DNA of 64,000 nt from Desulfatiglandales bacterium (GCA_963667015.2 CAXXJJ010000004.1:928001-992000); one strand, 5' to 3'. Shown: positions 42,199 to 51,712, counted from the first letter of the stretch. Translations and numbers: made by a program. Notes: generated by a model from the letters alone, not told the origin.

Positions 42199-43776
42199 TT
42201 AATCCCCTTTTTCAATTGAAGGCATAGTCATAAAATCCGGCACATTAACCTGTTCCTTTAATGCGGATGATGTTTCGCTGAATGATGCGGAACGCGCTCT
42301 TCCTTCTTCGAGCCATTTTCTTAAACGACTGATATTATCCTTCTGACTTATGCTTATGGGCACGACCTCTTCTCTTGTTTTCAGTACATGCAGAATATCT
42401 TCGGTAGTAAACTCCCGTTTGTTATCATTAAAGGCTCTGACCATGGCGGCAATAACCGCCTGCTCAATCTCTGCGCCTACATATCCCTCACTTTCAAGGG
42501 CAAGCCGGTCAACGTCATAATGATCTATCATCGGCCTTTTCTTAAGCAGATGTACCTGAAAGATCTCTTTTCTCTCTTTGAAGGTAGGAAGATCAAGAAA
42601 GAATATTGCATCAAATCTGCCTGCCCTGGAAAACTCAGGTGGAATCCTGGAGATATTATTGGCTGTACATACAACAAACACCGGCTTCTTTTTTTCAACC
42701 ATCCATGAAAGCAGTGTACCGAACACCCTTGAGCTTGTTCCCGAATCACCGCCCGAGTCAGCCAGGCCCTTTTCAACTTCATCTATCCAGAGCACACATG
42801 GACTTACAGTCTCTGCCAGTTTAAGAGCCTTTCTGATATTTTCCTCGCTTTGCCCTACAAGGCTTCCATATACAGCTCCCATATCGAGCCGTATAAGAGG
42901 CTGCTGCCACAGGCCCGATACAACCTTGGCCGTGAGGCTTTTTCCGGTTCCCGGCACACCTATTAAAAGCAGCCCTTTCGGGGGAGTAATGCCATAGTCA
43001 AAAGCGCTGGTTGAAAAGCAGTTGGCCCTTGATCTCAGCCACTCCTTAAGCACATCAAGCCCGCCCACCTGGTTTATGGTTTCTGTTGACGAATAAAACT
43101 CAAGGGCGCCGCTTTCTCTTATAATAGCCTTTTTTTCATAGGTAACCTGATCGATATCCTGTTCATCCAGCCCGCCTTTTTTAACAATGGCTTTTGCAAA
43201 TACCCGTTGTGCCTGGTTGGCAGTAAGACCAAGAGCACTTCGTATAAGACGGTCTTTTCCAAGGTCGGTAAGATTTAATTTTATATTGGGGATATTTGTA
43301 AACCCGTCAAGAATCTGTTTAATCCCGTTATAATCAGGAGGCATATAATCAATGGTATAAACCTGGTCTATCAGTTCATCAGGAACCCTGGCAACATGAG
43401 ATGTGACAATAATATTTTTTCGGGTCTGCTTCAGATTCTGAGCCAGGTTTTTCATTTTGCGTGTTATCTGATGGTTCTTGTGCCATAACCCGTGAAAATC
43501 CTTAAGCACAAAAACAGCATCCTGATCTATTTTAAGGATCATGTCCAGGGCGCTTAAAGGATCTTTGGCAGGGCGATCCACCTTGCCTGCAGATTCTGTA
43601 AGAGGTACAAAGCTGTCAGCAACGTCCCATGAATATGCGGGTTTTTCGATATTTTCACATGCCCCTGCAATCTCTTTGAGTACACGTTCTTCTTCGGATG
43701 TAACAACATAAATCAGCGTAAACCTGGCCTTAAAGTACAGTATAAGCTCCTGCTGAAAATGAGTAAGCTCCTGCAT
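42199..43776 (-). CDS. Ycf46-like AAA+ ATPase
   Basis: Degenerate N-terminal AAA (LKDFH); VGGLDVLKEWL, GVPGTGKS, IDEVEKG, RAGRFD. Confidence 0.92.
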   Translation of the reverse strand: MQELTHFQQELILYFKARFTLIYVVTSEEERVLKEIAGACENIEKPAYSWDVADSFVPLTESAGKVDRPAKDPLSALDMILKIDQDAVFVLKDFHGLWHKNHQITRKMKNLAQNLKQTRKNIIVTSHVARVPDELIDQVYTIDYMPPDYNGIKQILDGFTNIPNIKLNLTDLGKDRLIRSALGLTANQAQRVFAKAIVKKGGLDEQDIDQVTYEKKAIIRESGALEFYSSTETINQVGGLDVLKEWLRSRANCFSTSAFDYGITPPKGLLLIGVPGTGKSLTAKVVSGLWQQPLIRLDMGAVYGSLVGQSEENIRKALKLAETVSPCVLWIDEVEKGLADSGGDSGTSSRVFGTLLSWMVEKKKPVFVVCTANNISRIPPEFSRAGRFDAIFFLDLPTFKERKEIFQVHLLKKRPMIDHYDVDRLALESEGYVGAEIEQAVIAAMVRAFNDNKREFTTEDILHVLKTREEVVPISISQKDNISRLRKWLEEGRARSASFSETSSALKEQVNVPDFMTMPSIEKGD

Positions 43777-43796
43777 GGTATCTCCTTTTTGATTTT

Positions 43797-44183
43797 CTAG
43801 TAAACCGCTCTCCGAAGGGTCATATGGATTGTATTATCCTCTTCGTTTTCTTCTTCCACCAGTTCGAACCCCTGTTCCTCCATGCGCTCCTTAACCGCGT
43901 GATATGCATATTTCTGCTGAACCTGTTTAAGGAAAGACTCAGGCTTGATGTCTTTAATACCATACCAGTCACCCACAAGGATATATGCATCTTCTTCCTT
44001 TTTAAAACCCAGGTCATATCCTTTGTTTCTGGTGGGGATCATAATATCCACTTCTGTTTTCTGCCCGTCATAACCTCTTATCTGTACCTTACCTTCTTCA
44101 ACCTCATAGCCAAGGTCCTGCAATGCCTTAATAAGGTGTTCCTTTTTTATCAGGCGTGTTTTTATCTTTGTAAAATGAGACAT
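43797..44183 (-). CDS. DUF1257 (Ycf35) family protein
   Basis: MSHFTKIKT..ALQDLG..YDLGF..VQQKYAY..QGF; AGGAG RBS. Confidence 0.9.
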   Translation of the reverse strand: MSHFTKIKTRLIKKEHLIKALQDLGYEVEEGKVQIRGYDGQKTEVDIMIPTRNKGYDLGFKKEEDAYILVGDWYGIKDIKPESFLKQVQQKYAYHAVKERMEEQGFELVEEENEEDNTIHMTLRRAVY

Positions 44184-44305
44184 TCTTAATCTCCTATATT
44201 TAGATTCAGCTTCACCAGTACTATGCAATGCTAATATGAGGTAATGCAACTATATTTTATCAGGTATCATTCCCCGATTTAATCGTAGACTCCAGTAAAA
44301 AATAT

Positions 44306-44426
44306 TCTCTCGCCCGTTCCCAGTGGTCACTAGAGGGCACAGAGAAAAGCTTTTTATAATTTTTAAAACAGAAAATAGTTTTTGTCTTTTGTTATTCTCT
44401 GAGTTCTCTGTGGGCTCTGCGAGAGA
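44306..44426. mobile_element. MITE-like non-coding element, copy 2 (inverted relative to copy 1)
   Basis: Reverse complement begins tctcgcagagcccacagag and ends ctctagtgaccactgggaacgggcgagaga, matching copy 1. Confidence 0.6.
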
Positions 44427-44450
44427 CATTTTTAGGCTTTTGTTTTTCTT

Positions 44451-46325
44451 CTACTCAAACTCAATCTCAACATCCATGTCACCTGCATCATAAGCTGCAT
44501 CTTCACTCCACGTACTGTCTGTGCCAAGATACTCACCCAGTATCAGCAAATACTCCTTTTCAGCCTCAGGTATAAATCTCTTAGTCAAATTAAAAAAATT
44601 GTCCGGACCATCCGGTTTGTTTTTAGAATCACTCTTTATAGCTTTAAGCTCTTCAAGCCCCTGAGGTCCAAGATTCACCAGCCTTCCTGAATTGGGCATA
44701 TTAAGTAATGCCTGCACCCAGTACACATGGTCCTGTTCCAGAAAAACCCTGTTAGGAGGGCTCAGGCTCCCCGGTTTTAAAAGCTCCGCACCTGCCGCTG
44801 CCATGCGAACCTGCCAGTATGGATCAGAACATGCATTGTTAACAGCATCAGGCAGTTGATTATATCCTCTTTCTGCCAGTGTAATAAGTGCAGCACTGCG
44901 CTTCCGGAAATCTTCTTCATCTTCAAGCCAGGATATAAGCATTTCTTCATCATCCGGCATTGCCTGATTTCCCATAAACATAGCCCTGAAATCCCTTAAA
45001 ATAGACATGGCAAAGGATGATGGTAAATCCTGATTTGCTTCTTTTTCAGAGATAACCGCTTCCAGCCGTTCCTGAAGCTCTCTTCCTATGGTATCAGGAT
45101 TTTCCCAGCCTGACTGTTTTATGCCGGAAATAATGCGTTTACCCTGAGCACAGGTTGCCTGGGGCAGCAAATTAAAAATTTCGGAATATTCTTTATTTTT
45201 TAACAGGACTTCAAACTGAATATCTATATCTTTTTCACAAGGGATATCTTTTCTGCCTCCCCTGTTGGTTTTAAATACAGCCAGCAGCCGTTTGTCACCG
45301 CTTTTTCTTATCCTGGACCCAATTTCCTCTTTAAGCTCATCTGATCCATTTTCATACCAGTGCCTGAGATAAGACTGCTCAAAATCAATATCATTGTAGG
45401 CTTCAAGATCATTTGCCAGGAAATAAGAAATGGCTCTTTCTGAGGGATCATCAGGCTGCCGGTTCATTTTGGTAAGGAAATTAGCCGCCTTTGATTCGGG
45501 GTTTTCGTTTGCAGACTGATTCGCAGCATTGCCATTCAAGAGTGTAAGCGTATTATATTCGGCAATTGTCATTGCCAAACGAAACCCTATAATAAGGTCC
45601 GGTCCTCCGGACTGCGGAGGCTCCGGCAGCCGCCGCGGAAGTCTCCTGGGGTAATTAATACTCCAGGAACCGCCCCGCAGAACACGGCAACTCGATTCAC
45701 CGGGAGGTTTAAAATCTCCATCTGCATATCTTCTGTATGCATCACTTTCGTAGTTATCTTCACACCACTCCCATAGGCATCCACTCTGCTGAAAGGTACC
45801 CATGGGACTTGCATCTTCGGGATATTCATATACCGGAGCTGTATATCCAGTTGGACCTCTCAGATTATCAAAGCCAAACCTGTGGCCATTTTCCCAGTCA
45901 TTACCCCATGGGTACAGTAACTCATCATAACCCCTTGCGCATAATTCCCATTCTGCCTCTATAGGCAGTCTTAACCCGGCCCATTCACAATATGCCCTTG
46001 CATCATGCCAGTTGACATGTCTTACCGGGCGGTCAGATGGACCTTTATTATATCTTCCCCAATTAATATCATATTTGTCTCCGGCACCCGGATAATCACT
46101 ACCATTATATCCTGTTTCTTCTACAAATCGTATAAACTGCTTTACTGTAACACATGTTATGCCTATGTAATATGGATCAAGCCAATGAAGATGACGGGGT
46201 TTTTCGTTATCTTCTGCTTGGGAATCAACATCATCCGATCCCATCCAGAACCACCCGCCAGGCACCAGAACCATTTCTGTTCCGTCTTTTGGGTTTATGT
46301 AATACCATGGAATTTTGTTTGGCAT
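44451..46325 (-). CDS. FGE-sulfatase (C-type lectin fold) domain fused to HEAT-like helical domain
   Basis: EMVLVPGGWFWMGS, VNWHDA..RLPIEAEWE..ARG, YPWG, RVLRGGSW..GFR; C-term DPYWQVRMAA; acidic tail DVEIEFE. Confidence 0.88.
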   Translation of the reverse strand: MPNKIPWYYINPKDGTEMVLVPGGWFWMGSDDVDSQAEDNEKPRHLHWLDPYYIGITCVTVKQFIRFVEETGYNGSDYPGAGDKYDINWGRYNKGPSDRPVRHVNWHDARAYCEWAGLRLPIEAEWELCARGYDELLYPWGNDWENGHRFGFDNLRGPTGYTAPVYEYPEDASPMGTFQQSGCLWEWCEDNYESDAYRRYADGDFKPPGESSCRVLRGGSWSINYPRRLPRRLPEPPQSGGPDLIIGFRLAMTIAEYNTLTLLNGNAANQSANENPESKAANFLTKMNRQPDDPSERAISYFLANDLEAYNDIDFEQSYLRHWYENGSDELKEEIGSRIRKSGDKRLLAVFKTNRGGRKDIPCEKDIDIQFEVLLKNKEYSEIFNLLPQATCAQGKRIISGIKQSGWENPDTIGRELQERLEAVISEKEANQDLPSSFAMSILRDFRAMFMGNQAMPDDEEMLISWLEDEEDFRKRSAALITLAERGYNQLPDAVNNACSDPYWQVRMAAAGAELLKPGSLSPPNRVFLEQDHVYWVQALLNMPNSGRLVNLGPQGLEELKAIKSDSKNKPDGPDNFFNLTKRFIPEAEKEYLLILGEYLGTDSTWSEDAAYDAGDMDVEIEFE

Positions 46326-46551
46326 AATATATAATTCAAAGGTTTAAGTTCTCTATTATTCCTATATGTCAAAAAAGACAAAAGCTTACTCTTGATAAGG
46401 CATCGTTTTATTGTTGTCAATATTTTCATGAAATAGGCAGGAAGAGTCAGCAGCATCCCACCTGATCCATTTCTCCGTCAATACTCAAATCATATTATCT
46501 GCATGCTTAATATTTCTTGACAAAGGAACTTTTTTCCTAATATTTGATAAT

Positions 46552-47772
46552 ATGACAAATAAAAATAAAATCGAGTTCGGTTTAAATGAGGCTCTAAATC
46601 TTACCCTCAATAACCTTTATCTTCTTGAATCCGAATCTGTTGAACTTACAGAGGCAATTGATCGAGTGCCTTCTTCGGATATATTCAGCATTGTGGATTC
46701 ACCGTCTGTAGCAGCATCATTAAAAGACGGGTACGCAGTCCTGGCCTCCGATATCAGCCACGCTTCGGTATCAGAACCTGTAAAACTTAAACTGGCAGGT
46801 TACCGTGCAGCAGGCTCAATGGAAAAAGTTACTGTAACCTCCGGCCATACAGTAAGGGTTATGACCGGCGCTGCGGTTCCCCCGGGCGCAGATGCAGTGG
46901 TCAGCGAGGAATTCACAAAGGATGAAGGGGAGACTGTCAGCATTTTCAATTACGCTGAAAAGGGCCGCAATATCCTTGGCCGAGGCACTGATGTTTACAC
47001 AGGTCAATGTGTTGCAAAGAAAGGAATGCCTCTTTCACCGGGCGATGTAGGTCAGATTGCTGCAGGCGGACATGCAAAAGTTTCTGCAGTGCGTAATCCT
47101 GTGGTGGCTCTTATTTCCACCGGAGATGAGGTTATTGCACCCGGGCATCCCATGTCAGAGGGAAAGGTTTATGCAAGTAACATGGCAACACTTGCTGCAT
47201 GGTGCCGCAGGTATGGAATGAAGACTCATTCAATAGTTGTAAATGATGATGCAAAAGAAATAACAGCCGCGCTTGAATCATTTTTTAAAATTTCCGATGT
47301 AATAATCACAAGCGGCGGGGCCTGGACCGGAGATCGTGATATGATCTACAAAATCCTCGGGCAGCTTGGCTGGGAATTTATTTTTAACAGAATACGAATG
47401 GGGCCCGGCAAGGCAGTTGGGCTTGGTATGAGAGAGAACAAACCGGCGTTTGTTTTGCCGGGAGGGCCGCCTTCAAACCTGACAGGGTTTCTTCAAATAG
47501 CCCTTCCCGGTCTTATGAAAATGGCAGGTTACAGCAATCCCGGGCTTCCTCTCCGCATGGTAAGGCTAGCATCGAATATCAGGGTTAGAAGTATGGACTG
47601 GACACAGTTTATATACGGCACATTGCAGGCCAGGGATGGAGAATTGATATTCCACAGCCTGGATAATGATAGCCGCCTGCAGTCAATGGCTATGGCTCAA
47701 TGTGTGGTAAGTGTACCGGAGGGTATCGATTTTTATAATGCCGATACCCTGGTTATGGCTCAGATGTTGTAA
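46552..47772 (+). CDS. moeA: Molybdopterin molybdenum/tungsten transferase
   Basis: KDGYAV, MTGAAVP..DAVV..E, STGDEV, TSGG, GPGK, LPGGP. Confidence 0.92.
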   Translation: MTNKNKIEFGLNEALNLTLNNLYLLESESVELTEAIDRVPSSDIFSIVDSPSVAASLKDGYAVLASDISHASVSEPVKLKLAGYRAAGSMEKVTVTSGHTVRVMTGAAVPPGADAVVSEEFTKDEGETVSIFNYAEKGRNILGRGTDVYTGQCVAKKGMPLSPGDVGQIAAGGHAKVSAVRNPVVALISTGDEVIAPGHPMSEGKVYASNMATLAAWCRRYGMKTHSIVVNDDAKEITAALESFFKISDVIITSGGAWTGDRDMIYKILGQLGWEFIFNRIRMGPGKAVGLGMRENKPAFVLPGGPPSNLTGFLQIALPGLMKMAGYSNPGLPLRMVRLASNIRVRSMDWTQFIYGTLQARDGELIFHSLDNDSRLQSMAMAQCVVSVPEGIDFYNADTLVMAQML

Positions 47773-47782
47773 AACTGATTCC

Positions 47783-48562
47783 TCAACCGGAAACCATCTT
47801 CAGTGGAGTATTTAGCATGAACCTGTCCATAATATAATGATCAAGATATCTAAAACTGTTTTTCACCATGTTAATATTTCTAACTTCGATGATAATCTTA
47901 ATAACCTTTGAAAGATCAAGCAGATCCAGGGCATGCTCCCAGTCAAGTGTACCGCTTTCCAATCCAAAATGGTCATCCTTTGTTCCGCAGTTATTGGATG
48001 CATGAATATATACAACCCTGTTTTTAACATTCCGGATAAAATCATCCATCTCACATCCAAGAAGTCTTTTCCCGCTGCTGTTATTAAGGTGGCCTATATC
48101 CAGGACATATCCAAGATCATTAAAACTCTCCAGCACATCATAGGTATCATGTGCAGTAAAATGAGAATCGGACTCATACATCATCATGATATTTAAATCC
48201 GCAGCATAATTAATCACGTCTTCAAGCCTTTTCTTATTTTCAAGAGTAAGCATTTCACAATTCAGATGAAAAACAAACTGCTCAATACCAAGTATAGAAC
48301 ACATGTCGAGCTCTGCAGTCAATACTGCGAGATCAGCATTTGTGAAGCTGGCATTGGAATGGAAAAGCCCTCTGGTTCCGGAGTGGATGCTTAAGTCATA
48401 CCCGCGGATATAACGTTTCATTTTTTCCAAAAAATACAAATCAAAATAGAGCTTGGAATTACGCCTGTTGATTTCAACAGTCTTATACCCGAGAGAGTTT
48501 AAATATTTATACCACTTTGATTCATGAATAATCTGTGTTGTAATTCCTATTTTCGGTATCAT
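47783..48562 (-). CDS. Sugar-phosphate isomerase/epimerase (AP endonuclease 2 TIM barrel)
   Basis: SIHS, VFH, LDIGH, IHASNN..DDH, IIEV. Confidence 0.8.
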   Translation of the reverse strand: MIPKIGITTQIIHESKWYKYLNSLGYKTVEINRRNSKLYFDLYFLEKMKRYIRGYDLSIHSGTRGLFHSNASFTNADLAVLTAELDMCSILGIEQFVFHLNCEMLTLENKKRLEDVINYAADLNIMMMYESDSHFTAHDTYDVLESFNDLGYVLDIGHLNNSSGKRLLGCEMDDFIRNVKNRVVYIHASNNCGTKDDHFGLESGTLDWEHALDLLDLSKVIKIIIEVRNINMVKNSFRYLDHYIMDRFMLNTPLKMVSG

Positions 48563-48665
48563 TTTTTTATCGTTTAAAAATTATCTTTTTTCTTAGAAAA
48601 GAGGAGTCAATGCCATAAATCCTGCATATGAATCCTCTCTTCATAAATTTAAAAGCTATTAACGA

Positions 48666-50801
48666 TTATGCAGCGCCGAGTTTATTATTCTTTTTCAGTA
48701 TACTGGCAACATTTTTCATTCCGAGCTTTTCAAGGGTCTTTTGTGTCGGGTATCCGCTATCCTGATCCCAGCCTTCCAACTTGTAATAATGAGTCTTCCA
48801 GGTTTCTACACCTTCTTCGCTCAAATACATTTTGCCTACGTTTTCGAATGACCAGGTTTTACCGTTATACACGGGCAAAGTGTTGGTAAAGCTTGCACCG
48901 GAGGCCCCGGGCTTGTACATGTATCCTGCGAATTTTTCATTCTTTTTATGTCTTCCCTGCAAAGCGTAAATGGCTCTTTTTAAATTCCATGCTTTACGCC
49001 CGATTTCCATGCCTTCTAAAAAAGTCTGGTTTTTTCCGGTAACTGCATTAAACAAACGCGGTTCTCCGAAAGGAGTACCTTTATCGCCCATACCCGTCGG
49101 TTTCGCCCAGTTCCAGTCGCAGAACATTAGTGATTCCTTATAATAGGTATGATAATGCATGCGCCATGCTACAAGCTTTGCCTTATGGTCAGAATAAATT
49201 CCTGTTTTATAAGCCTGATCATTGTCCCAGCTGTAATCAAACATATATGGGTCATCGTCATAAGGAACAAATGCCTTGGTTAAGTTATTGACAAATTCTT
49301 CAGGATTTTGATTCTGCTGCTTTCTGCCGCCTCCAAAAGCGCCGCCGCCCATACCGAGCGTCATAAATACCATCTGAAGCACATGATCGCAAATATCCCT
49401 TGAATCGACCAGATCACCGTAGCCCCATGTAACTTCAGCCATCGACCAGTGATCGGTGTGGCCCCATGTAGGACAGCGTAATATTCCGTTTAAATCATCG
49501 ATTCTTCCGATCTTTTCAGCGAAACGTACACCACCGTCAGCAATAAGGTCACCGAAACCTTCGCGGGTTGAAATTATCTTTGCATACTTCTCTGCAAAGT
49601 CGTATGTGCCATAGGTATCCCATTGCAGCGGTGCTGTATCAACTGATACCTTTTTCCCGTTTACTGTTACATATTTGCCGGGGCCTATTACACCCATGTC
49701 ATACAAGCGCTTAATATAATATCCAAGACCTGATGCTTCCGGTGTCTCAAGCGGAAAATCAGTGCCTGAAGGACCGAATTCTAATCCACCGAAACAGGTG
49801 TCGAAACCGTTTAAACCGTATTGCTGAAGAAGAGGATTGGATTTCTTTGCTTCCTGTTCATTCTTCTTTGCGGGCTTGTGAATATCCGCCCATGTTGTTT
49901 CCATACATCCGTCCTGATCCCTGTCATCCGAACCTGCATCGCCTCTGGTGCGGCAGCCTCTTACGCAGCTTACACATGAACTTTTTGCCTTTTGAGGTCC
50001 TCCGAATCCGGCGAATCCGCCCGGTCCGCCCTGTCTGCCGCCAGACCCTGCATACCATTCTCTTGTTTCCAGCAATAATTTAGGATCCGCAACTTTAAAA
50101 CCGCCTGTTCCAATTACTGATATTGCCTTAAGTTTTTTGGAGCCGAATACCCCGCCAAATCCGCCTACACCGGCAGCCGCGCCCCCTCCATGCTGTAATG
50201 ACGCTATCCTGCTTAAATTTTCACCTGCCTGACCAGTACATATAATAGCCGGTTTATTAAGAGTAAAGTCATCTCCTATTTCCCTCCAGTCTCTTTTACC
50301 GTCTCCTGAACTGCCGGTCTGCTGCCTGACAATCGCTTTCTGCGTGTCCCATGTATGAAGGCCCCAGAGTTTTGAGGCGTCTTCAAGTGTAACTTTATCA
50401 TTTATTATATTAATATAAACGGGCTTATCGGATCTTCCCTGAACCACAATACCGTCCCAGCCTGCATATTTCAGCATCGTACCGAAATCGCCTCCGATAT
50501 TGCTTCTTGTAAACCAGTTAACCGGCCATCCCTGGGGTGATAAACCGGAAACACTGGTTCTTCCGGCATAGGGTATGCCTGATCCTGAAACCTGACCGTT
50601 CATAATACTTATTATATTTCTGGGATCATAGGCATCCTGAAGGTCCCAGTCTCCTGGTTTTACGCAAATATCCCAAAATAAGGCTATAGCGGTTCCATAG
50701 CCGCCTCCAAACTCTTCATATTTAGCTGTTTCTATTGATTCGATCCTTTTATTGGTAAGATCAACCTTTAATATTTTTCCTGCGAATCCTGGTGATGCCA
50801 T
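48666..50801 (-). CDS. Aldehyde:ferredoxin oxidoreductase (AOR/WOR) family large subunit 1
   Basis: GKILKVDLT, LSPQ, LKYAGWDGIVVQG, GENL, GGVFGSKKLKAI, CVSCVRGC, YYKLEGWD..G.PT. Confidence 0.88.
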   Translation of the reverse strand: MASPGFAGKILKVDLTNKRIESIETAKYEEFGGGYGTAIALFWDICVKPGDWDLQDAYDPRNIISIMNGQVSGSGIPYAGRTSVSGLSPQGWPVNWFTRSNIGGDFGTMLKYAGWDGIVVQGRSDKPVYINIINDKVTLEDASKLWGLHTWDTQKAIVRQQTGSSGDGKRDWREIGDDFTLNKPAIICTGQAGENLSRIASLQHGGGAAAGVGGFGGVFGSKKLKAISVIGTGGFKVADPKLLLETREWYAGSGGRQGGPGGFAGFGGPQKAKSSCVSCVRGCRTRGDAGSDDRDQDGCMETTWADIHKPAKKNEQEAKKSNPLLQQYGLNGFDTCFGGLEFGPSGTDFPLETPEASGLGYYIKRLYDMGVIGPGKYVTVNGKKVSVDTAPLQWDTYGTYDFAEKYAKIISTREGFGDLIADGGVRFAEKIGRIDDLNGILRCPTWGHTDHWSMAEVTWGYGDLVDSRDICDHVLQMVFMTLGMGGGAFGGGRKQQNQNPEEFVNNLTKAFVPYDDDPYMFDYSWDNDQAYKTGIYSDHKAKLVAWRMHYHTYYKESLMFCDWNWAKPTGMGDKGTPFGEPRLFNAVTGKNQTFLEGMEIGRKAWNLKRAIYALQGRHKKNEKFAGYMYKPGASGASFTNTLPVYNGKTWSFENVGKMYLSEEGVETWKTHYYKLEGWDQDSGYPTQKTLEKLGMKNVASILKKNNKLGAA

Positions 50802-50894
50802 AAAGTTTCCTCCTGTCTGCTAATAATATATGTATTATCAATATTATTTATCTGAATAATTTTATTGTCTGACAATCAATTACCAATTGAACAC

Positions 50895-51506
50895 CTAACT
50901 GATAAACTTGAGAGCTTTCTGCGGGCATATAGAGACACAAGCCGGCTCGCTCTTATTATTATATGGAGCATTGGTACAGAGATCGCATTTTGTTGCTTTT
51001 TCATTTTCGGAATCCCAGACCGGGCGGCGTGGAGTATAAATACAGGATTCAAAGCATGTCTTACAGCCTATACATACATCTTTGTCTATTATCCTTACAT
51101 TACCATTTTTAGTATCGACATGACATGCCCCTGTAGGACAGTTCTCAACACATTTCGGATCATCGCATTGCTGGCAGGTGAAACCCATGATGTCATTCGG
51201 GAAATCATCAAACACATATCTGCTTATTTGTATTCTTGATGTTGACATGTTCACGATGCCTTCATGGGCAAGTGAGCAGGCAATCATACAACTCAAACAC
51301 CCTGAACAAAGTGTAGCGTCGTGTTCAACATGACCCTTTGCTTTCGGATACGCTTCAGAGGATGAAGTTTCAGCAGCCAGCAAATCTTTTGCATGATATG
51401 TGCCTACAATACCACCTGCTACTAATGTACCGCCTTTTACAAAAAACTCTCGTCTTGAAAATTGATCATCTCGAACACCTTTTTTCTTATCGTCTTTTTT
51501 GCCCAT
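50895..51506 (-). CDS. 4Fe-4S dicluster subunit with Tat signal
   Basis: SRREFFVK; four Cys clusters (DmsB/CooF-like). Confidence 0.9.
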   Translation of the reverse strand: MGKKDDKKKGVRDDQFSRREFFVKGGTLVAGGIVGTYHAKDLLAAETSSSEAYPKAKGHVEHDATLCSGCLSCMIACSLAHEGIVNMSTSRIQISRYVFDDFPNDIMGFTCQQCDDPKCVENCPTGACHVDTKNGNVRIIDKDVCIGCKTCFESCIYTPRRPVWDSENEKATKCDLCTNAPYNNKSEPACVSICPQKALKFIS

Positions 51507-51620
51507 ATAAACATGACCTCCGGTTTTCTATTTAAAATCGATTAGTAATTGGAAATTGAACATTTTATTTTTTGTTACTTTCCCCATATAAATTATTCAT
51601 ACACTGAATGTACTTTTTAA

Positions 51621-51647
51621 GGCGGGAGCATTTGAGATGCTCCCGCC
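51621..51647 (-). terminator. GC hairpin between the two AOR modules
   Basis: ggcgggagcat-ttgag-atgctcccgcc. Confidence 0.6.
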
Positions 51648-51712
51648 CAACGTGAGAGTGGGGAGAGATGGAGGTCACCCTCCCCAAAAAAAGATGGTGC
51701 CGTGCATTGAAA

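Noticed and set aside
44451..46325. True formylglycine-generating enzyme
   Set aside because: No catalytic Cys pair in the RGGS loop and no sulfatase nearby; a lectin-type binding domain fits better.
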